Of a stretch of DNA of 64,000 bases, positions 39,401 to 46,485 are shown in pieces. This DNA comes from Minisyncoccia bacterium. GTDB lineage: Bacteria; Patescibacteriota; Minisyncoccia; Phycocordibacterales; UBA918. A program made the translations under genes and the position numbers. Positions within the stretch are counted from its first letter, which is position 1. Every line of letters starts with the position of its first letter. The stretch lies in assembly GCA_046598345.1 (NCBI GenBank), contig JBKJIT010000004.1, positions 265,226-329,225 of the forward strand, in the 5' to 3' direction. The notes under the pieces are model-generated. The model was given only the letters and a program-made list of their open reading frames with translations, searched no databases and had not been told where the DNA came from.

Positions 39401-42400
39401 GCGTTTCCCTGCGATCCATCGAGAAAATCAATTGCTGAAGATGTTGTCGTGCCAGTTGTTGAGCCAGTCGCAAGCTGCACTAAGTCGGTGACCAGAGCAT
39501 CCGTATCAGAGAGTGTGTCCGTATCAAACTGCTCCTCGGTTGTTTGGAACCATGTTGAAACTGTCGCGCTGGTATCGATAGTGAAACTGTATATCGTTGA
39601 CCATTCTCCCCACGTATTTGATCCAACAGTATCCTGTGCACGTACACGCCAATAGTATGTTGTGTTGTTGGTGAGTGCGGTTGTTGGTGAGTATCGTATT
39701 GTTTCACCGTTAGTGTATGGGTCCTTATCAGCGGGGGTATTAATATTCTCAAACAGTGTTGAGTTTGAAATCGTATTATGATCAATATTAGCCGAAGAAA
39801 AAGTGCGATCGTCATCCACCTGGATTTGATAAGAAAGGTCGTCAGCCTCCTCATCCGTTCCCGCAAATTCAAATCGAGGGAGCGTTGTTGACGATTTTTC
39901 ATTATCAAAAAGTTTTGAGAGAATGGGCGCTTCTGGTGCACTATTCGTGAGAAGCATTGGATACTGGCTGTACGCAAAGAGCGTCGTGTCATCAGACTTA
40001 ACCATTCGAAAACAATAGAGCGTCTCTGCGAGTGCGCCATTATGTTTAAGCACAAAATCCCACTCTCCCTCCTGTCCGATCCCGATCGAAGTAGGAAGAA
40101 CCACCGTCGGGTTTTGCTCTTCATATGTTTCGAGTATGTCAGTGCCCGTTAAGGTTGAGGTGGAAAGTGTAGCGCCATCACTCGGACTCGCATTGTTGTA
40201 ACCAGTCCATACAGCAGAGGAGGTAGCGGAACCCACATCGGTCCACGTACCCACTGTAGTACACACCGAGGTTGTCGTTCCAAATTGAAGCTTGAAATCC
40301 TCGCCGGTCGTGGTTGAGTTGCGTACATTAAGCTGCAATCGTAACCGAACGACGTCATTGTATCTAAGGGGAGTAAATGATGAATCAATAGCTTCGTTTT
40401 CTGCTACGTCTTCAGTACTTGTGGGCCAAGCATCACTCACGGTCGCTGAGTTCACATTTGTATACCAGCGATACGCAGACTGTGTATAGATTGGAACCAA
40501 TCCATATCGTTTTGCAAAAATAACCGTTTGGTATGGGGGAGTGTTTGATGCAATGGTGAAACCACTAACATCGATGGCATGGGTATGCGATCCACTCGAT
40601 CCCGTTGCACCCGAGCGGGCATTATCAGTCGATGCTGTTACCGCTGAAACAACTCCTGGCATATCAGCATGTGTGTGTGTATCGCTTCCACCGGTTGTCC
40701 CGTACGTCGATGCTCCCTTGATGTACCGATTATAAAAGGGATCTCCTGCTTGCCCTGAACGATTGAGCCAGCCTGCAGGAGGTGTATCGCTCCACATCGA
40801 GATAGACGTGAGAGGCGTGGCCGTAGCAGAGGAGGAAGTTGCAAAAATAACTTCGATATAGGGCGGTTCTTGACTTAAAGCAGGAGTAGAGCTGCTCACC
40901 GTATGTGTATGAGATGCCGCCGCCGCAGTGACCTGAGTACCTCCTGTCCTTGAGTTAACGGTCGCTCCACTTGCAGCATCTGTTGTTCCACTCACACTAT
41001 GGGTGTGAGTGTTGGTTCCCGCGCTCGTGATGGTATTTTCTCCATATGGATAGCGACTATCGAGAGGGGTGTATTGTGCCCACCCGGAAGGCAGTACACC
41101 ATCGAATATTAAGACTGCCCCCGCAGGAATTGTTCCTGGATCTCCTGCGCTATTATTTTGAATGAAACGAAGCTGACGATAGGCAGGGAGTGTACTTGTG
41201 CTCCCAATTGTTGGCGTAACTGTGTGGGAGTGAGCGGTAATACTCACGAAAGCACCGGCATTATTTTCCGCATTCGTGGCGGTACTTGCATTCACAACAG
41301 CACTGGCTGTGTGACCCGATGTAGCCGTTCCTCCAGTGGTGCCATACGATGCATCTCCTTTAGGGAACCGCTGATAAAAAGTGCTTGTTGAGGCACATGA
41401 AATACATGTCCAGCCTGAGGGAATAGTAGAAGTGCCGGTCCAGAAGAGAATCATGCTTCCCGTTGCATCAGAAGCAATCTGCCATGCACGATGTTCGACA
41501 AAGTCTGGCACGGGAAGTGAAGCCTCCCCACTCGTGTCAACGATTTCTTCCGGTTCATTTGTAACAGTTTCGTTTGAAACACTCGGTGTTACATCTTCTA
41601 CAGTACTAGTCGCTTCATCTGGAGTAATTGTTTGAGTTGAGACATTCTCTTCTTCTATCAGTACTTCTTCTGTAGGTTCGATGGGTTCAGTGTCAGTTTC
41701 TAAGGAGGCAGAAATATCAGTAGGTGAGGAAACGATTTCAGGTTCGGTACCTTCCTCTTCCACTGCCTGATTACCATCTTCTATGGCATCCGTTTCATCA
41801 ATGGGTGTGAAGATGGTTTCAGATAAGAGCGGTTCACCGTTTGTAGGAAGCGTTTCCTCGATAATAACCCCTCTGTCAACTCCCCGCACTTCTGCCGGCC
41901 CGAGAGTATACAGATACGGAGAAATGTCTGGAGCATCAAATGTGTAGCTAAACGTTTGTGACTCGTTGGCACCTAGGTTCACATTAAAAGTAAGAATGTG
42001 TTCGCTCTCGTTTGTTGTTATCTCCGCGTCAGTACCGCTTACTACAAAATCTCCCGGCACGTGTTCAATGAGTGTGCCCGTAAATGCATTCACTGAAGTG
42101 AGGGTTATCTCCATCGGATATTCCGAAAGTGGATAAATACGTGTTGGGCCTTCACGCATGAGTGTTATTTCATGCGCTGTGACAACCTCCACAGTATCGC
42201 TCGTGTGAGAAAGAACATTTCCTTCATAGTCGACACGCTCTACATACAGCTCGTAGGTACCTGGCACGTTCGGCACAAAGGACGCGGTGTAGTCAGGTAC
42301 GTCAATCACATTATTTCCATTACAGAATCCAGACGGGGTGATAGGTGCACGTGAAATGAAATCAGTTGGATCAATAATGTATAGCTCAAGATTTGCGTCA

Positions 42401-44181
42401 CAAAGCGTATTCCCGCCCTGAGAGAGCGCTCCGAAAGAGAGCGTCGCGGTATCTCCTACGGTATATTTACTTTGACTTGGATTCACCGCGAGCATACCCC
42501 ACTGGAAATCAAACGAATCGGTAAAAATCTTTCCACCTTCATTGATGGTAAGTTCGATCGAGTACGTGCCTGGCTGCAGATTTGTAAGATCGGCAGGATC
42601 AATTTGAATAGTCCATAACCCGTCAACGGTAGTATCAATATCGGCATCTATAGGCACAATACCTTCATCTTTTCGAATTATTGTTACCCCCTCAACCGTC
42701 GCAAGCCTGTCAGAGAAGATGCTTCGGAACAAACGGACCGCAGCATTTCGCTGGGATTCGTATCGGAGGACAAACGTAGGCTCTTCCGTTCGGGTGAAGT
42801 CCAACGAAGTGCTGATGAGTTCATGTTTTTCTGGGAGTGTTAGATATTCAAGGAGGGACGGGAGTAATCGCGCTCGTAATAGTTCCTGATCAAAAATCTC
42901 AGTACTAATTTCGAGCCATGCCGCATCTAAGTACAGTGCTTTTAATCCTCCGGCATCACCACGGTATACCGCACGCACTTCAAGATCTTCGAGTTCGTGT
43001 ACATCCTCGAGTGTTGGGAGTGCAAAGAGGAAATATCCACCATTTAGTGCATTCGAAACCTCTGAATCCATGAGAATTGCGCCCGCATTCACCCACTCAT
43101 CCTTAGTACGATATTCAATATCGAGCATCGGGACAGAGAGCTCGGGGACACTCTCGTATTGCGCTCCAAAAGAAATTCTCAGTTGCACGTTCGTAATGAA
43201 TTGCCCTGACCCAAGTGAAGGAAGAGCAAAATCACTCATGAGTACTACAGGTTCAGGTGCGGTAGTCAAAGGCACCGGAAGAACGTTGCTTGTTTCAGTA
43301 CCAACTGACTCCTGAACCACCTCTTCATTTTCTGTACCACTAAGAACTTCTTCAGATATTGTTTCACTCACCTCACTATCAGCTCCATCCAGTACCACAC
43401 TGACTTCAGATAATCCTGTGGATTCCGTCGCTTCAGTATTTGATTCAAGTGGCGTAACAATGTGCTCACTTGCAAACGGGAGAAGAGCAGTAAATTTGTT
43501 AAAGAACGCGAAGATAGGAGAGCGCACACCAATAAAACTTGTTGGCACTGACTCCGTTGCCTCTACCTCCCCGTTCTCTACCTCCACACTCTCCGACTCT
43601 ACGGTTTGCTCTGGTTCATTTTGACTTTCTGTTGTTATTTCAGGTGCAATATTAATAACTTCTTCAGAGGAGTTTGTGTTTTCAATAATTGAATCAGTAT
43701 CACTGCTCTCCAATTCTTCAGAATAATTTGTTTCAGATTCTTCATCAATAAAAGATGCGGAATTGGATTTCTTAAATGCTTGAAATATTCCGTCTTCTTT
43801 AACATCTCGAGACCCAATCGTATCTGTACGTAGCCAGTCACCTCCCTCTACCTTGCCAGGGAATACATGCAACGTGTCTCCTTTTTTTGTAAGTACTGTT
43901 CCTGAATCAACGTGAGAATATGAAAAGAAAACACATATAAGTAAAAGTCCATAGAGTACTTTGTGTGTTTTTCGAATTTGTCGAAGAGAAACATTTTTTG
44001 CATGTACTAACAGATGTAATCCACAGCGAACTGGATGGACACTCTCACCATAGGAAAAAGCAGACGATGTAGCATGTATCGCTGTAAATAAGGCTTTTAT
44101 GATACTTTTTCTTGTTTTATCTGAGAAAAATCTCATTACCCGAACAAGCAAGTCCAACCACTGAGTTAGAGTGGGTGGCAA
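27418..44181 (-). CDS. giant (~5570-5587 aa) secreted multi-domain adhesin-like protein: beta-helix-type repeats, FN3/Ig domains, LamG-like domain, three phage-tail-collar-like (SHTH/PPY) repeats, RW(R)NDNG…YCFR modules, C-terminal module 'B' (…YWGIAIP…)
   Basis: Uninterrupted 16.7-kb ORF with an N-terminal hydrophobic signal (VLYGLLLICVFFSYSHV); the exact start is uncertain (44181 or 44136). A ~330-aa block containing 'SLYSQDHxxxxGxLxIxGxYxxTSGTxYWSxxTDFDGT' repeats three times. 'PSGWxC…FYxRxxKGxxxYGTTGG…HTHxV…PPYxxVIFA' occurs three times. The C-terminus is homologous to 17764-19590. Confidence 0.85.
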   Translation of the reverse strand: MPPTLTQWLDLLVRVMRFFSDKTRKSIIKALFTAIHATSSAFSYGESVHPVRCGLHLLVHAKNVSLRQIRKTHKVLYGLLLICVFFSYSHVDSGTVLTKKGDTLHVFPGKVEGGDWLRTDTIGSRDVKEDGIFQAFKKSNSASFIDEESETNYSEELESSDTDSIIENTNSSEEVINIAPEITTESQNEPEQTVESESVEVENGEVEATESVPTSFIGVRSPIFAFFNKFTALLPFASEHIVTPLESNTEATESTGLSEVSVVLDGADSEVSETISEEVLSGTENEEVVQESVGTETSNVLPVPLTTAPEPVVLMSDFALPSLGSGQFITNVQLRISFGAQYESVPELSVPMLDIEYRTKDEWVNAGAILMDSEVSNALNGGYFLFALPTLEDVHELEDLEVRAVYRGDAGGLKALYLDAAWLEISTEIFDQELLRARLLPSLLEYLTLPEKHELISTSLDFTRTEEPTFVLRYESQRNAAVRLFRSIFSDRLATVEGVTIIRKDEGIVPIDADIDTTVDGLWTIQIDPADLTNLQPGTYSIELTINEGGKIFTDSFDFQWGMLAVNPSQSKYTVGDTATLSFGALSQGGNTLCDANLELYIIDPTDFISRAPITPSGFCNGNNVIDVPDYTASFVPNVPGTYELYVERVDYEGNVLSHTSDTVEVVTAHEITLMREGPTRIYPLSEYPMEITLTSVNAFTGTLIEHVPGDFVVSGTDAEITTNESEHILTFNVNLGANESQTFSYTFDAPDISPYLYTLGPAEVRGVDRGVIIEETLPTNGEPLLSETIFTPIDETDAIEDGNQAVEEEGTEPEIVSSPTDISASLETDTEPIEPTEEVLIEEENVSTQTITPDEATSTVEDVTPSVSNETVTNEPEEIVDTSGEASLPVPDFVEHRAWQIASDATGSMILFWTGTSTIPSGWTCISCASTSTFYQRFPKGDASYGTTGGTATSGHTASAVVNASTATNAENNAGAFVSITAHSHTVTPTIGSTSTLPAYRQLRFIQNNSAGDPGTIPAGAVLIFDGVLPSGWAQYTPLDSRYPYGENTITSAGTNTHTHSVSGTTDAASGATVNSRTGGTQVTAAAASHTHTVSSSTPALSQEPPYIEVIFATSSSATATPLTSISMWSDTPPAGWLNRSGQAGDPFYNRYIKGASTYGTTGGSDTHTHADMPGVVSAVTASTDNARSGATGSSGSHTHAIDVSGFTIASNTPPYQTVIFAKRYGLVPIYTQSAYRWYTNVNSATVSDAWPTSTEDVAENEAIDSSFTPLRYNDVVRLRLQLNVRNSTTTGEDFKLQFGTTTSVCTTVGTWTDVGSATSSAVWTGYNNASPSDGATLSTSTLTGTDILETYEEQNPTVVLPTSIGIGQEGEWDFVLKHNGALAETLYCFRMVKSDDTTLFAYSQYPMLLTNSAPEAPILSKLFDNEKSSTTLPRFEFAGTDEEADDLSYQIQVDDDRTFSSANIDHNTISNSTLFENINTPADKDPYTNGETIRYSPTTALTNNTTYYWRVRAQDTVGSNTWGEWSTIYSFTIDTSATVSTWFQTTEEQFDTDTLSDTDALVTDLVQLATGSTTGTTTSSAIDFLDGSQGNAWGSLSFVDNETVGDIKYRIQYYSDASATWINVPDTALTGNSTGFDTSGVSLLSMDVSTYRIIRIVAVFTNSGGSPTLSDWTLSWGYRIETPTINAPFDNEKVSTTTPTFEFVTTDPQSDDLEYEIQWSTTYTFTASTTRNSSSSLGFVNITNGADLNPFTSGNTIQFTLQSGDALTNGSTYWWRIRAKDPLSSNEYSFYTDPQSITVDTSVTVSTWFQTTQSQFDTDVLSGAITQAGNTVTVATTSTESLIAYAEGLLTTPQYRVWSGSSWSAEASALDVGAAITWVVTRSAPSENEYLLGTVGTDGDVNIQVYQNGSWGDLQEVTNALSNTNMRGFDIAYEQTSGDALVVTCDGDSNPSYWIWDGASWTLGGATIGLVNGNTCGWIKLISDPTSDEIIAVTRDTSGAGYEARVWTGSAWGNSARLGSMNQANHEGIAAEYEESGGQAVIAVSNGTAASFAWSAWNGSAWTATATVALGDDFEAGSMAADDGSDNMALCYVDQDGDIGAVRWTGAAFTGQIELETAGLTAGNIYEDRPIDCIFEVGGSRDGYIRAVYSDTTNIQSRTWDGVAWLGEVTATTTGKGPRVQARRTGDNTIQVMSYATSTDRYDFTYSTSSDWWAPAQTLETNGAAGAVPFKEPFMITAKNPVTSGTVVGTEINFYDGSGPYFQQMSWIDSEPGGSSILHQVEYYDTASSSWKLIPDSLIPGNSVGTTISPINLTNVLPVSTYSLIRPLANMSCSGGTCPTLSDWTITWSAGIALSGTAQAYDQSTNVTAGSVAVALNGSLQIGKTGTIAAGAWSIPNVNASPGDVVTVFVNGANEVNEAVSVAHYDGVGDMSGMRLYEQHLTLGSNDATTTAFTNAQIALYDATNDEDLFFDGTGTILDMCVETTCGTAELYVMASSTYRPGGTVDVNYFENNGTTTLDGNTMYVTRSWDNNATLTAGTSTVIFTATSTTESIDETGALSPSFYNLTFGTTTGAATWNLITPLDVNNALTVTRGTLARGTVGITVGGSLSNAINGIWTGLGTTTFDGSGTSNWSDANATLQNIGRVVIDGTSKTLALLTNVKAQSITIGVDDIFDVTTGNYNTTVMSDWVNHNTFVARSGTVYFDATTTNRVITAGGDAFYNLNFIGQGGAWAFTEADLTISNDLTIATGTVTMPTGTTTLAGSWNSVGGTFAHNNALVYMTAGTAETIAASGTVFTNAFYNLRFTGSGSWSFLDTSATTSNDFVLTQGSVTLPSAQLSIGGHFTNSAGTFTHNSGTVRFTSATTKTIDTNSSFSSLLFTGSGGWSFVDTNVTAVGDLTVSGGTVTLPGGTLTLGGSFTNAATTTHNSGTVLFNATSLGKTLTTGNSNLYNVTINGVGGGFTVASHATTSNNFTLATSSAFTLSSGATLAVFGTFTNSVGGASTTWSGSTLSLEAGAYSLNTKNTLGDAYGTLRLRANTDIRMWNSTSSTYTVDSTGSLYSQDHNGIDGDLYIFGGYERTSGTEYWSAPTDFDGTSLLGSTRIARVRFASSSSALFTGSTLSITGTSTATTSIANQGSGTYTIGVANGTTSAAFYSFSNLGASGISLSGTTHVSALSDGEIIPGIAAGTGITVSSTTVNANAELQIYRVNFSTTTAIAATNITQTDGTPTTYWWFRESSGNIDGEAFDNDTGDPGSIRWDDSSLTITVSGTVYGADETTPLGAPTCGVGTPVRVVVSNGGTYDGACNGSGVYSIPGVVVIGNPTLTVFLNGASNGERAVAVTKTPTADISDLNLMVNRVIVRHEDVDAMTIADMALYDSTDDSDVPFTAATGSPNSLLVQANTELHVWATTTFTPGGTVTLTSGGTGTSYDGSLHLDNASIFTGAGTTTYSIGGSIFQDINATYVPASTTIIMTATTSGKTISTENSETVRFNELDFTGVGGAWNINGNASATANIYVSTGTVTGTGNISLANGSLYGNGLLSLGSGTTTIASTNTLGGSQAWTFGNLVLGNGTSVGTTTSATTATTTILGKLTIGNAHFFVPGGGVLNLQGAGTVFVETGSFVEGTSTVRYSGTAGSNVLSTNYYNVDVNAQGSSPTFTTTGLGIVVLNNLTVGAGATSTLTVTTNDTALDVNGNVTIGSFGTLIGSDSASFMVGGSWDNNGTFTGSGGTVTFDSVGTKTIAAGNSSFSNVTINAAGTWSISEHATATTAFTLTNATSFTVDPAATLAVGGTFTNSLGGAATTWTNSALHLYGGGNYQINTSSVIDTYGTLTISGTTQIRMWNSSAGTTTVASTGSLYSQDHANVNGALYIYGSYAKTSGTDYWSYATDFDGTVLGGSSRKVDVYFASSSSALYTGGGLSVLGISGASTTLQNQGAGTYGFRVGGSASTTMSYYETRNLNASGLVFSGTPNIVSLSYGDFVVSQSGGSAITVGGNVINQNPAKTFTNNTFGTSTGISAFNVTATGTSVSSWRFTNHSGSIDGESYDVDPDGDPGYVVWDDSAAAVTISGRVYSDEGSTVSTVCDGSTANIHLRVAGLTSFTTSCNGGSGLYSIPGVTYSPGDSLIVYIDGESEKAAVVSEDLISSVANMDLYENRIIVRHEDTDPLSIADMAVWDSSDDADIPFTAVDAGSDTLTLPADRKLIVWNGKTFRPDGNVTLSGGGAGAPYDGTLELFTNAVFDATLSEIHSIGGSLISGSGASIDDETSTFTFTTNGAARTIDTNEYALYNLTLNGSGSWTVTNAALDLANDLTITQGTLTLPTGTTTILGSLSNTGGTFIQNGGHMRFTSAAAETIRTNGSNFGTTTFAGSGSWTYQDLNATSTQHYTILSGTVTAPSGTLAIGGDFITAGTFTHNSGTLRLNASGTGTTSVTASTSDLYSVTFAGLGKYLFTDTNVDLLGTLRIEQGTATLATGTMAIGGSFLNLGGAFNSASGTILFNSSDVGETINPGSSTFNVVSIAAPSGGYTITNNATTTSNFSLTSASTFTLGSGVRLTVQGVFTNLVGGTWTGSTLRITTGLPYTINTSIAGGTSYNILLIGNNTDLRTWNSQATTTVEDSLSSLYSQDHAAVNGELNIYGQYERTTGTDYWSYATDFDGTALGGTERVVTVRIANGATTTFTGSTLHMLGGSGATTTVRNQGSGTYSIRMDSGTLNALNYAFRNLNPNGLTLTGNTTITSLSNGDFELDQNGGTLLTVSSTTVNYNASQVITGVRFATTTAISGTNITLTGTTPSAWTFTTHRGNLAGEAYDVDGATACGSIRWSDSTCLLTQQAGYRWRNDNGGESVPNSEWYDQNWSKRKRVTVVNADATTYTNAVVKVDIPYDGDMQTDFDDLRFTDSSGTTTLSYVRDAYTASTEATVWVKIPSLTASANTTLYMYYGNGGVSDGGVGTTTFVAYDDFEDNNITEYANDTSKFTTSVALAYQGSYGLKAVTVGDRTTHGIHRFDASVAQGSKLRFMKYVDTSAPASGDETCTLFGVQSPGTLHDNYGICLEQFGVDRISISRDVYDNDSDTGTTQLASSTLTYATGWYEVEVEWDTDDTIAVFLYKDGALVATTSVTDGTYTTGGTGFTFWEQHGAWDVYSARTLLGTEPTTTLGYEQVSGGASWFAALNTKASGISANTTVRPRFLIENTGLAITDQYRLEYAAKGNAPSCESVSSASYASVPVQASCTGSPICMVSSSQFANQASTTDVLGGTGTFTTGQIIEDPSNSTQSFGVGANQYTEVEYAITSTTDVTDSNYCLRVSDGGSPIDSYVRVAELELVFVPTVTSLSLNAGMDISLSPGATSTITATGTVTDQNGYADLNVATTTFYRSGVGASCSANTNNCYIAAPAQCTFSNCAGNSCDVSCSADFYYHTDPTDIGTYAGETWRATLSVSDDGGSTASGTAPSIDLLTLRAISVNSTIGYGALEVNSDTGATNASTTVENIGNDALDVSIQGTDLTDGASSVIPATQEKYATSTFTYSACVYCTQLTTSAVNYELNLPKPTSTTPLITDRLYWGIAIPSGVAGVAHTGTNIFYAIGD

Positions 44182-44188
44182 TTATAAG

Positions 44189-44222
44189 TATAGCCCGCTA
44201 AACGTTGATTTAGCGGGCTATA
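44189..44222. terminator. perfect 14-bp stem / 6-nt loop hairpin (TATAGCCCGCTAAA cgttga TTTAGCGGGCTATA) between the cohesin gene stop and the giant gene start
   Basis: Inverted repeat read directly from the sequence. Lies 21 nt downstream of the 44243 stop on the minus strand, followed by an A/U-rich tract. Confidence 0.5.
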
Positions 44223-44242
44223 CTGTGGATTCGAAAGTGATT

Positions 44243-45769
44243 TTACTTCAATATTTTGTTTACATCACTGATTTCCTTTTCAATCAATGTTTCTGATACT
44301 TCAAGTGCTTGATTAAGTCCTTCAACTGCCTCTCGTTCCTTCTTCGAAAGACGTTGCTTCTTAGTGATCATATTGATCTGATCATAAATCTCATCACGGA
44401 GGGCTGAGAATATCTTTTCCATCTGGTCTTGAATCTCTTTGGTCTCCTTACGAAGTTTTTGTTCCTTTTGTTCATGGAGTTTCCTCTGATAGAAGAAATA
44501 CATAATCTGCCCAATGATAAGGAGGAGAAGCAGCATGATGACTAGATTCTTTCCCTTAAAAAAATCCCAAATCGAGGTCTGCACTATTTCAGCAACCGGG
44601 GGTTTCCATCCAGCGGTAATAAGAACGGGGACTGCTGACTCGGTCTTATTCCCCGCATAGTCAAACGCAACAACTTTTACAGTGTATGTTCCATCTTCAA
44701 GATTTTTCAATAGATATCCAAGTTCAGCTTCACCTGGAGTCACCTCAATAGTCTCGCCCCCAGCAATGGTCATTTCATACTTCTCAATACCTGACGTAGA
44801 ATCGTTTGCCTTAAAGGTAAGGAGGGGGAATGAAGTCGGCGAATTACCTGAGCGTACGTTCACCGTAAATGCTTCAGGGGGTACGGAGTCGATCTTGATC
44901 ATACGGTGCAAGATTCCTCCCCAGCCAACCTGATTTTCAAATTGAACTGTAAGATACTGCACACCCTCAATAAGCATCTTGTCGTTCAGCGCAATGTCTT
45001 CAATCGGTGGATCGTACTCAGTAACGGGATCAAATTCTGATGATGTTGAAATATCAAGCGCTACCGTAGTAATGTCAAACGGTAGGGTCCAAGTGAAGAT
45101 ACCGGTTTTCGTCGAATACCATAGTTCCGGATCGAGGAATGTCGTCGAACCAGCTTCAGGGGCTCTCGGTGGATCTCCAAACGTAATGGTAGCATCAGGT
45201 GACTCTTCACCTTCTGGTTCTTCCTCTGGAGTAGGCTTAGGAGTTGGAGTGGTAGGCGGTGGGGTTGTAGCCGCTGTGACCGTGTACGAACCAGTACCAC
45301 CCTTTGAATACACATCCGTTCCTTGCCCGTCAGCTGCAAGCACTGATGCGGAAGCAACTGAAACTGCCCCAGTACCTTCACTTAACGCTTTAAAAGTAAT
45401 CACGAGTAACGTCGAAGCCGAAGTAAAGGGTGTTGGACTCCCCCCTCCAAAGTCTATGGTCCCTGCGCTATTTGAAAATGCTGGCTCTGTTGTCCATAGG
45501 GAAAATACTGAACCTGTTTTGGAAACACTCACTACTGAAAGTTTACTTGTATCAAAAGAAAGTTTTGCCTCAACTGCATTCACGCTTTTGCCTTTTGGAT
45601 CAACCTTTGTTGTAACTGTAAAAGATTGTCCTTTTGCGTAGGAACCACTACTCGGTGTAAAGGTGAGTTCAGCAGCGATAGCAGAATGAGCGGTCAGAAA
45701 AAACCCTAACACGAGAAGTGTAGAGAGGGAGAGAATTTTTATGTAATGTAAATGTGCGTAAAGAACCAT
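44243..45769 (-). CDS. cohesin-domain surface protein with Pro/Thr linker, Ig-like domains, C-terminal TM and cytoplasmic coiled-coil tail
   Basis: Signal peptide (…FLTAHSAIA|AELTF). Cohesin-like (…NAVEAKLSFDTSKLSVVSVSKTGSVFSLWTTEPAFSNSAGTIDFGGGSPTPF). TM (LVIMLLLLLIIGQIMYFFY) followed by a K/E-rich helix. Paralog of 10765-12480. Confidence 0.75.
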   Translation of the reverse strand: MVLYAHLHYIKILSLSTLLVLGFFLTAHSAIAAELTFTPSSGSYAKGQSFTVTTKVDPKGKSVNAVEAKLSFDTSKLSVVSVSKTGSVFSLWTTEPAFSNSAGTIDFGGGSPTPFTSASTLLVITFKALSEGTGAVSVASASVLAADGQGTDVYSKGGTGSYTVTAATTPPPTTPTPKPTPEEEPEGEESPDATITFGDPPRAPEAGSTTFLDPELWYSTKTGIFTWTLPFDITTVALDISTSSEFDPVTEYDPPIEDIALNDKMLIEGVQYLTVQFENQVGWGGILHRMIKIDSVPPEAFTVNVRSGNSPTSFPLLTFKANDSTSGIEKYEMTIAGGETIEVTPGEAELGYLLKNLEDGTYTVKVVAFDYAGNKTESAVPVLITAGWKPPVAEIVQTSIWDFFKGKNLVIMLLLLLIIGQIMYFFYQRKLHEQKEQKLRKETKEIQDQMEKIFSALRDEIYDQINMITKKQRLSKKEREAVEGLNQALEVSETLIEKEISDVNKILK

Positions 45770-45785
45770 AACTCACTGTGCGTAC

Positions 45786-46247
45786 TCAACGCTCCTTAGT
45801 ACGTGCCCGACTAATCTTAAGGTGTACTTTTTCTTTTTCTTCCGGCCTTAAAAGCGGCAAGACGAGAACGAGTACACCGTTCTTGATTTTTGCTTCAGCA
45901 TGGGAAATATCCACGCTTTCAGGAAGAATGATGCGGCGATAAAAATCACCCCATACACATTCCTCTGTAAAGTACGCTCCATCTGGCTTCTTTTTCGGAA
46001 ATGCCAAGTGCTCAGGTCTTAGTCGCTTACCTTGAATCAGCACTACGTCCGCATCGCCTTCAATAGATACGTGAATATCGGAAAGCTCTGCGCCTGCCGC
46101 TTGTGCATATACAATAATAAGATCAGTCGTCTGAAACACGTCCACATCAAGTTGCACAATTTTATCGAGTGCAGTTTCTTCTTCACTTGATTGCAAGCGT
46201 TGTTCAGTACGAATCCCCCTTCCTTTGAGTCTTTGCAAAAAGGACAT
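45786..46247 (-). CDS. Hsp20/alpha-crystallin family small heat-shock protein
   Basis: 153-aa ORF. The ACD pattern (…DVFQTTDLIIVYAQAAGAELSDIHVSIEGDADVVLIQGKR…AKIKNGVLVLVLP) resembles the IbpA/Hsp20 fold. Confidence 0.75.
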   Translation of the reverse strand: MSFLQRLKGRGIRTEQRLQSSEEETALDKIVQLDVDVFQTTDLIIVYAQAAGAELSDIHVSIEGDADVVLIQGKRLRPEHLAFPKKKPDGAYFTEECVWGDFYRRIILPESVDISHAEAKIKNGVLVLVLPLLRPEEKEKVHLKISRARTKER

Positions 46248-46485
46248 ACAGCTTCATTTTACGGCAAAGATGCAAAATACTCGCAAGACTTATACACAAA
46301 GTGCTTTCCTCTCGGATTTAATGAGACGAAGTTAGAACTTAGAAATACATGCGGGGGTTAGAATTTTGTGCAGAGATGCCCCAGATACGAGACGAACAAA
46401 GAAAACAATATGAAGCGTATACTCATACGATGAATATTATTTTCTGCAGTGGGGCGAAGTAGATGGGGTATATTCTGCGCAAAAA

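Noticed and set aside
612-43841. Many 60-170-aa ORFs on the plus strand inside the giant and other minus-strand genes (for example 4006-4485, 5146-5538, 32792-33241, 44979-45641)
   Set aside because: They are entirely embedded antisense to long, domain-rich ORFs, are low-complexity (Ser/Val/Pro-rich mirror translations) and have no start context. Almost certainly non-coding shadow ORFs.
27418-44181. Possibility that the 16.7-kb ORF is an assembly artefact (collapsed or expanded repeats)
   Set aside because: The three beta-helix blocks and tail-collar units are diverged (not identical) at both protein and DNA level, and the frame is uninterrupted. This argues for a real gene, but it cannot be verified without reads.
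45786-46247. Hsp20 gene embedded between cohesin and dockerin genes as part of the surface system
   Set aside because: Small heat-shock proteins are cytoplasmic. Its position is probably incidental (same strand, own intergenic spacer of 238 nt). No sequence feature links it to the surface proteins.
15364-46400. Shared ~20-nt segment ATTTTG[CT]GCAGAGAT[AG]CC about 100-200 nt downstream of both dockerin genes (15364-15384; 46365-46385)
   Set aside because: The match is short and imperfect with no extended similarity. It could be a small shared 3' element, but the evidence is too thin to call.
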